Virus record (IMG/VR): IMGVR_UViG_3300045988_073134 | Origin: a virus | Length of the DNA: 64,000 bases | Strand: one strand, 5' to 3' | Shown here: in pieces, positions 60,177 to 64,000 of the stretch | How positions within the stretch are numbered: position 1 is the stretch's first letter | How the letters are laid out: each line of letters starts with the position of its first letter | Notes under the pieces: model-generated | Database searches by the model: none | Seen by the model: the letters and a program-made list of their open reading frames with translations, nothing else | Told to the model about the DNA's origin: nothing | Translations under genes and position numbers: made by a program

Positions 60177-60968
60177 CTATGCCACCTCCTTAAAGTTATT
60201 AAATCTTGTTGTTAGGTAATCACCTATACAAGTATTATCTAAGTTTGTTCTTTTTAATAATCGGTTTAAATTTTTAAGTGTTACTGTGTATGGTCTACAA
60301 CATAAATCTATTTTTTCTTCTTGTTTGGCACTGTCTAATAATTGATACATTAATATTATCCAAGATTCCATTTTATCGAACTCAGTTGTTCCACCATGTT
60401 GTCTTATTTCTATTGTGCCATATTTTACATAACTTTGTAAATTTACCTTGCGATATCTTGTATTTAGTAGATATGATATATCACTTATACTTGTAACCCA
60501 GTCTTGATTAATCTTTACTAAATCATCTTTTTTAAGAGGTTTACAATACTCATTTCTACGTCTACTAGGTGGTACTAAGTAATTTATAATTCCTTGATAA
60601 TTATAGTATAAGTTTAAAAAGTTCTTACAATTTTGTACTGTAAAATCAGCTATATCAAAATGTACATGAGTACCACAAGTTTTATCCACTTTCGCTCCAC
60701 AACTATTTAATACTTCATATACTTTTTGAAGTTCGTCTAAACCTTCATCTCCGTATAGTATTGGACTTACAAGTTCTAATCCTCTATATAATCCAGTATC
60801 TCGTGAAGTAACACTTGCATCTGTTGTAAGTTTCCATTGAGGTATAACTTTATGAGTATATCCACTAAAATCTGCTACTGATATACCTGCTGCTCTAAGT
60901 TTTTCTATAACTGTTACATAGTTTGCACCAAAGAACTCAATTTCAACACCAAATTTTAAATCTCTCAT
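60177..60968 (-). CDS. Amidoligase (Amidoligase_2 / glutamine-synthetase-fold family)
   Basis: KFGVEIEFFG, WKLTTDASV, GLELVSPIL and CGTHVHFD. This is the canonical order of amidoligase motifs. ATG 60968 lies 9 nt after AGAGGAG. Confidence 0.75.
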   Translation of the reverse strand: MRDLKFGVEIEFFGANYVTVIEKLRAAGISVADFSGYTHKVIPQWKLTTDASVTSRDTGLYRGLELVSPILYGDEGLDELQKVYEVLNSCGAKVDKTCGTHVHFDIADFTVQNCKNFLNLYYNYQGIINYLVPPSRRRNEYCKPLKKDDLVKINQDWVTSISDISYLLNTRYRKVNLQSYVKYGTIEIRQHGGTTEFDKMESWIILMYQLLDSAKQEEKIDLCCRPYTVTLKNLNRLLKRTNLDNTCIGDYLTTRFNNFKEVA

Positions 60969-61003
60969 TATTAACAACTCCTCTTTTATCTTTTATTAAG
61001 ATA

Positions 61004-61032
61004 ATTATATCACTACTCATATAATTAATCAA
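61004..61032 (-). promoter_or_regulatory. Sigma-A-type (early) promoter E: TTGATT-N17-TATAAT, upstream of the amidoligase gene
   Basis: TTGATTAATTATATGAGTAGTGATATAAT. The inverted repeat is TAATTATAT/ATATAATTA. The leader is TTAATAAAAGATAAAAGAGGAG. Confidence 0.7.
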
Positions 61033-61043
61033 CTATTTTAAAT

Positions 61044-61073
61044 AAAAAAATTCCTACATTTATTATGTAGGAA
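61044..61073 (-). terminator. Intrinsic terminator after the endolysin gene (end of the late region)
   Basis: A 9-bp stem TTCCTACAT/ATGTAGGAA, then T7. Early promoter E follows immediately. Confidence 0.75.
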
Positions 61074-61084
61074 CTCTTATAAAT

Positions 61085-61966
61085 TTATACGTATCTAACA
61101 AATTCTAAATATTTTTTATTTACCCAGTAGTCAGCTTTTCCTCTACACCAAGTACCGCCATCAACTTCTTTTTCTTCAACTATTGTTATTGCTACTCCTT
61201 TATCTATTGTATCAACTACGTCATATTTTACTCCAGGTCCTTTTCTACAATTAAGTCCGTTAGTAGTGCAACGTGCTATATATTCTTTAAATTTAGTATC
61301 AGGTTTGGATTCTTCTTTTTTAGGTTCTTCTTTGCCATTTACATATTTCTTTACATCGTTTATAAAATGTGCAAACCCTTTAGGGCTACAACCATAACCC
61401 CAAAATGCAGTACCTGGACAGTCTTTAGCACTTCTATTCACATCATATTTTCCTAAATATGTACCACCGGCAGTAAACCAACAGTGGGGTCTTATATGTG
61501 TAGTGTTTACTGGTATATGGAATTTTTTACACAACTCTCCATATAGATATATTACTGCTTTCTTTTGTGCAGCAGTCATTTTGTCACGTCCTTTATCAAA
61601 ACAACCATATATTTCTATACAAATGGCATTGGTATTCCAACCTGTAATACCTATTGGAGTGGAGTTTAAATTACGTCCAGTTGTTATTTTACCGTCTGGG
61701 AATACATTGAAGTGTTGAGCAATATAATGACCATGTCCGTCACTATCATGCCATTTAGATTTTCCATAAGAATCCAATGACTCAGTACGTCCAAAATGTG
61801 GCTCTGAAAATACTTTTTTATCAGTTTTTTCCCAAGTTGAATAACTTGGCATATCCATATGATGTACTTGTAATTTAGTTATTGTTCTACTTACGTGTTG
61901 TTTTGCTAACCAATTTTTTACATCTTTCGCATTTTCTAATAAAGTAAATCCATTTTTAGTTTTCAT
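61085..61966 (-). CDS. Endolysin: N-acetylmuramoyl-L-alanine amidase (Amidase_2/PGRP-type) with a C-terminal SH3b domain
   Basis: LQVHHMDMP...NTNAICIEIYG...HCW...DCPG. The C-terminal segment is NGLNCRKGPGVKYDVVDTIDKGVAITIVEE...WCRGKADYWVNKKYL. Confidence 0.8.
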   Translation of the reverse strand: MKTKNGFTLLENAKDVKNWLAKQHVSRTITKLQVHHMDMPSYSTWEKTDKKVFSEPHFGRTESLDSYGKSKWHDSDGHGHYIAQHFNVFPDGKITTGRNLNSTPIGITGWNTNAICIEIYGCFDKGRDKMTAAQKKAVIYLYGELCKKFHIPVNTTHIRPHCWFTAGGTYLGKYDVNRSAKDCPGTAFWGYGCSPKGFAHFINDVKKYVNGKEEPKKEESKPDTKFKEYIARCTTNGLNCRKGPGVKYDVVDTIDKGVAITIVEEKEVDGGTWCRGKADYWVNKKYLEFVRYV

Positions 61967-62120
61967 TTATTATATCACCTCGTTTAAATTATAAGCCATG
62001 CCAACACTCCTTTTTATTACAAAGTATTAACATGACTTCATTTTTATAAACATATTTCTTACGCAATTGATTCAAATTGTGTAATTCATAATATTAATTT
62101 TTATGACATTAAAAGTTTAA

Positions 62121-64000
62121 TTAGTTTGATATATTTAATACTGAAATAAACTTATCGCGCATAGTTTCAGTATTAAATTTATTTAGTGTAAATCTTCTTA
62201 CATATACACAAGTAGAAGAACTGCCTGTACTAGATATATAATAATAATCTCCGTATTTAACAATAGAAGGATAAACATAACTAACTAAATTACCTTGTAA
62301 TATTATTCTACTATCACTCAAATAGTTTTTATCAATTTTTAAAAATTCTATAGTTAACCTTTTATTCATACTATGTGCTAAATATATATTATTAGAAGCG
62401 TCTTTAAACCAACACGCCCTTGAACCTGCATCAGGTATTATTATTTCGTCAACTCTATTTTTAGTTGCTATATCAAATTTAGCAATTATTATGTAATTGC
62501 TCCATAAAGCCTTTTTATTTCCGTCTTGTCGCAAAGCATAATATAATTTCCCATTATCACATAAACAAGCCCCTTCAAACTTACAATTACATTCGTTATC
62601 AAAATTAGGTTCTAACCAAAACTCGAATGTATAAAAGTCTTTAGTTCTAAAAATTAAACTATTTTTTATTTTATTTTCAGTACATACACCACAATAATAA
62701 TATTGGTCAGTTTCATTATATGAAATTTGAGCATTCATACTAACCATTGAGTCTAAATTTCCAGTATAAGAACTTGCTATTGTGGATAAATTATTAGTTG
62801 TAAAATCATATGTTGTCCCGTCTTTTGTAAATTTACAAAGTTTGGCATCTTCAAAAGTTTTAGTATCCGTATTAAAAACTCTACTGCACAAATACCAAAT
62901 ATCTTCAAGTTTTACAGAAAATATGCAATATACTTTAGTACCTATTACAACACAGTTAGGGACTCCAGCTCCCAAGTCAATAGTTTTACCTGCTATTAAG
63001 TCATTATGCTTAGCTACATGAAATCTTTCTACAGTTGTAGATGTTGATAGGTTTTTTAAGTCTAATACTGCTAATTCAGTATAAGCATTTACAGAACCTG
63101 GATTATCGGCTAAATCTACATCATTTTGAACATAACATATATAACCTATACCATTCTCATCAACTACTAATGTTGAATCATGTGAAAAATTTCCTTGACC
63201 TATATGATTTCTATAAACAGTGGCTTCATTGTCAAAATTTATACTATTCATAAAACAAGTTAGTATATCCTCAGCATTATTAAAACTATTTAATAACAAG
63301 TGCGCATCTGATACCGGCATATTTGGGTTAGTACCGATATTATCAATTTTTCCATCAACATATTTCTTTGTATTATCAATTTTTTCATCAACGTATTTCT
63401 TTGTATTATCAATTTTTTCATCGACATATCCCTGTGAAGCGTATCCACCAAAGTAAGGTGTATATGTTTTAGTTAACTCACTTGTTTTTGAAAAGTTAAT
63501 TTCTTTACAATTAACAATAACATCGCGCATTTGTAATCTAGCATATTTTGTTCCTTCAGGAGTAGCATATCTCTTTCCTCTTATACGCACTCCATCAATT
63601 ATTTGTTCCTCATCAAACACGTCCATCTGTGAACCACGAATTCCGTCACTTTTACTTATATATTTTTTATTTTCATCATAGAAACACATGAAAACTCTAT
63701 AACCAGTTGTATAATCATTAAAATCATAAACGTTAAAATAATAACTTTCATTGGGTTCAACTTCCATATAATCAGTTGATATAAACCACAACGGATTATC
63801 TGTCTCTACTCCACCTGCTTCTATTGTTTTATTTAGTAAAATGTGTTTACTATTAAATAAATTTGTTGAAGGTTTATTGTTCTTCGCAATATCTTTATAT
63901 TGTGCAGCAACTTCATTTACTGCCCCTTTAATATCTTTAGCAGTTGTATTTAATGTTTCTGTACCTAATTCAGTTTTAATACTATCTATATCTGTTTTCA
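62121..64000 (-). CDS. Tail-fibre-like / receptor-binding protein, N-terminus outside the window. It has a coiled-coil repeat and a large C-terminal (possibly beta-propeller/glycosidase-like) domain.
   Basis: The frame stays open upstream of the track start (a TTG at 63791) to the window edge. The upstream part reads ...KTDIDSIKTELGTETLNTTAKDIKGAVNEVAAQYKDI, a tail-fibre-type motif. There are three YVDxKIDNTKK repeats. Confidence 0.6.
   Translation of the reverse strand, partial: KTDIDSIKTELGTETLNTTAKDIKGAVNEVAAQYKDIAKNNKPSTNLFNSKHILLNKTIEAGGVETDNPLWFISTDYMEVEPNESYYFNVYDFNDYTTGYRVFMCFYDENKKYISKSDGIRGSQMDVFDEEQIIDGVRIRGKRYATPEGTKYARLQMRDVIVNCKEINFSKTSELTKTYTPYFGGYASQGYVDEKIDNTKKYVDEKIDNTKKYVDGKIDNIGTNPNMPVSDAHLLLNSFNNAEDILTCFMNSINFDNEATVYRNHIGQGNFSHDSTLVVDENGIGYICYVQNDVDLADNPGSVNAYTELAVLDLKNLSTSTTVERFHVAKHNDLIAGKTIDLGAGVPNCVVIGTKVYCIFSVKLEDIWYLCSRVFNTDTKTFEDAKLCKFTKDGTTYDFTTNNLSTIASSYTGNLDSMVSMNAQISYNETDQYYYCGVCTENKIKNSLIFRTKDFYTFEFWLEPNFDNECNCKFEGACLCDNGKLYYALRQDGNKKALWSNYIIIAKFDIATKNRVDEIIIPDAGSRACWFKDASNNIYLAHSMNKRLTIEFLKIDKNYLSDSRIILQGNLVSYVYPSIVKYGDYYYISSTGSSSTCVYVRRFTLNKFNTETMRDKFISVLNISN
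63340..63438 (-). repeat. 3 x 33-bp tandem repeat encoding (YVD-E/G-KIDNTKK)3
   Basis: The units are 63340-63372, 63373-63405 and 63406-63438. The first two differ at 2 positions (63352, 63361) over 33 nt; the third diverges at its end. Confidence 0.9.

Noticed and set aside
61967-62120. A holin gene next to the endolysin.
   Set aside because: The 150-nt gap upstream of the endolysin contains only a 9-codon ORF. The small TM peptides at 28539-29251 are far away in a middle operon, so I did not call any of them a holin.
2447-63456. All plus-strand ORFs in the track (for example 6169-6546, 16401-16940, 26675-27082, 32835-33191, 42794-43162, 48041-48358).
   Set aside because: Each lies entirely antisense to a well-supported minus-strand gene. 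They lack RBSs and have low-complexity compositions rich in F, L, I, S and C, as expected from the reverse complement of AT-rich coding sequence. I found no plus-strand promoter/terminator logic.
1-64000. tRNA, rRNA or tmRNA genes, CRISPR arrays, transposases.
   Set aside because: Intergenic regions are short, and I accounted for those I inspected by promoters, terminators or hairpins. I saw no cloverleaf-capable GC-rich segment of about 75 nt and no regularly spaced direct repeats.

Overview
This is an AT-rich window (roughly 30% G+C by eye, not computed). It is essentially one large tailed dsDNA phage genome, or the interior of a prophage, with a siphovirus-type tail module. RBS usage (GGAGG-type) and codon bias suggest a low-GC Firmicute host. 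Every credible gene (85 CDS called) lies on the minus strand, and the plus-strand ORFs in the track look like antisense shadows.

Reading the minus strand from 64000 downward, the order is:
- End of the late region: a tail-fibre-like protein open at the right edge, then an amidase endolysin.
- Early genes: an amidoligase and an SNF2 helicase.
- Replication module: DnaD-like protein, an ORF-poor promoter/terminator cluster, DnaC-like loader, DnaB, primase, sigma factor, class II RNR, gp32-like SSB and a family A DNA polymerase.
- A complete preQ0 pathway (queC-queD-queE-folE) plus two tandem DpdA paralogues, which predicts 7-deazaguanine DNA modification.
- Beta clamp, Cas4-like nuclease, RecU-like resolvase, dUTPase, GuaD-like deaminase, RecA, a second sigma factor, a DnaX/delta-prime/delta clamp loader and ThyX.
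- A block of tiny membrane and Cys-rich proteins, a lipoprotein, a small paralogue family and an orphan DNA methyltransferase.
- Terminase, portal, MuF, capsid and tail genes, ending in a collagen-like tail fibre that runs off the left edge.

The strongest non-coding signals are two promoter classes:
1. A fixed-length 37-nt bipartite motif (minus strand GTTAGTAAA-N12/13-TCTATACTATATATGT, followed by AAG) occurs in 17 clear copies plus 1 degenerate copy. All copies share one orientation and sit just upstream of minus-strand genes. I interpret these as phage-sigma-dependent promoters. Several are fused to intrinsic terminators whose loop carries the -35 element.
2. Five near-consensus sigma-A-type promoters (TTGATT-N17-TATAAT) are embedded in a conserved palindrome and share a conserved leader. 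One of them drives a phage sigma factor gene.

No rRNA, tRNA, CRISPR array, integrase or transposase was seen.
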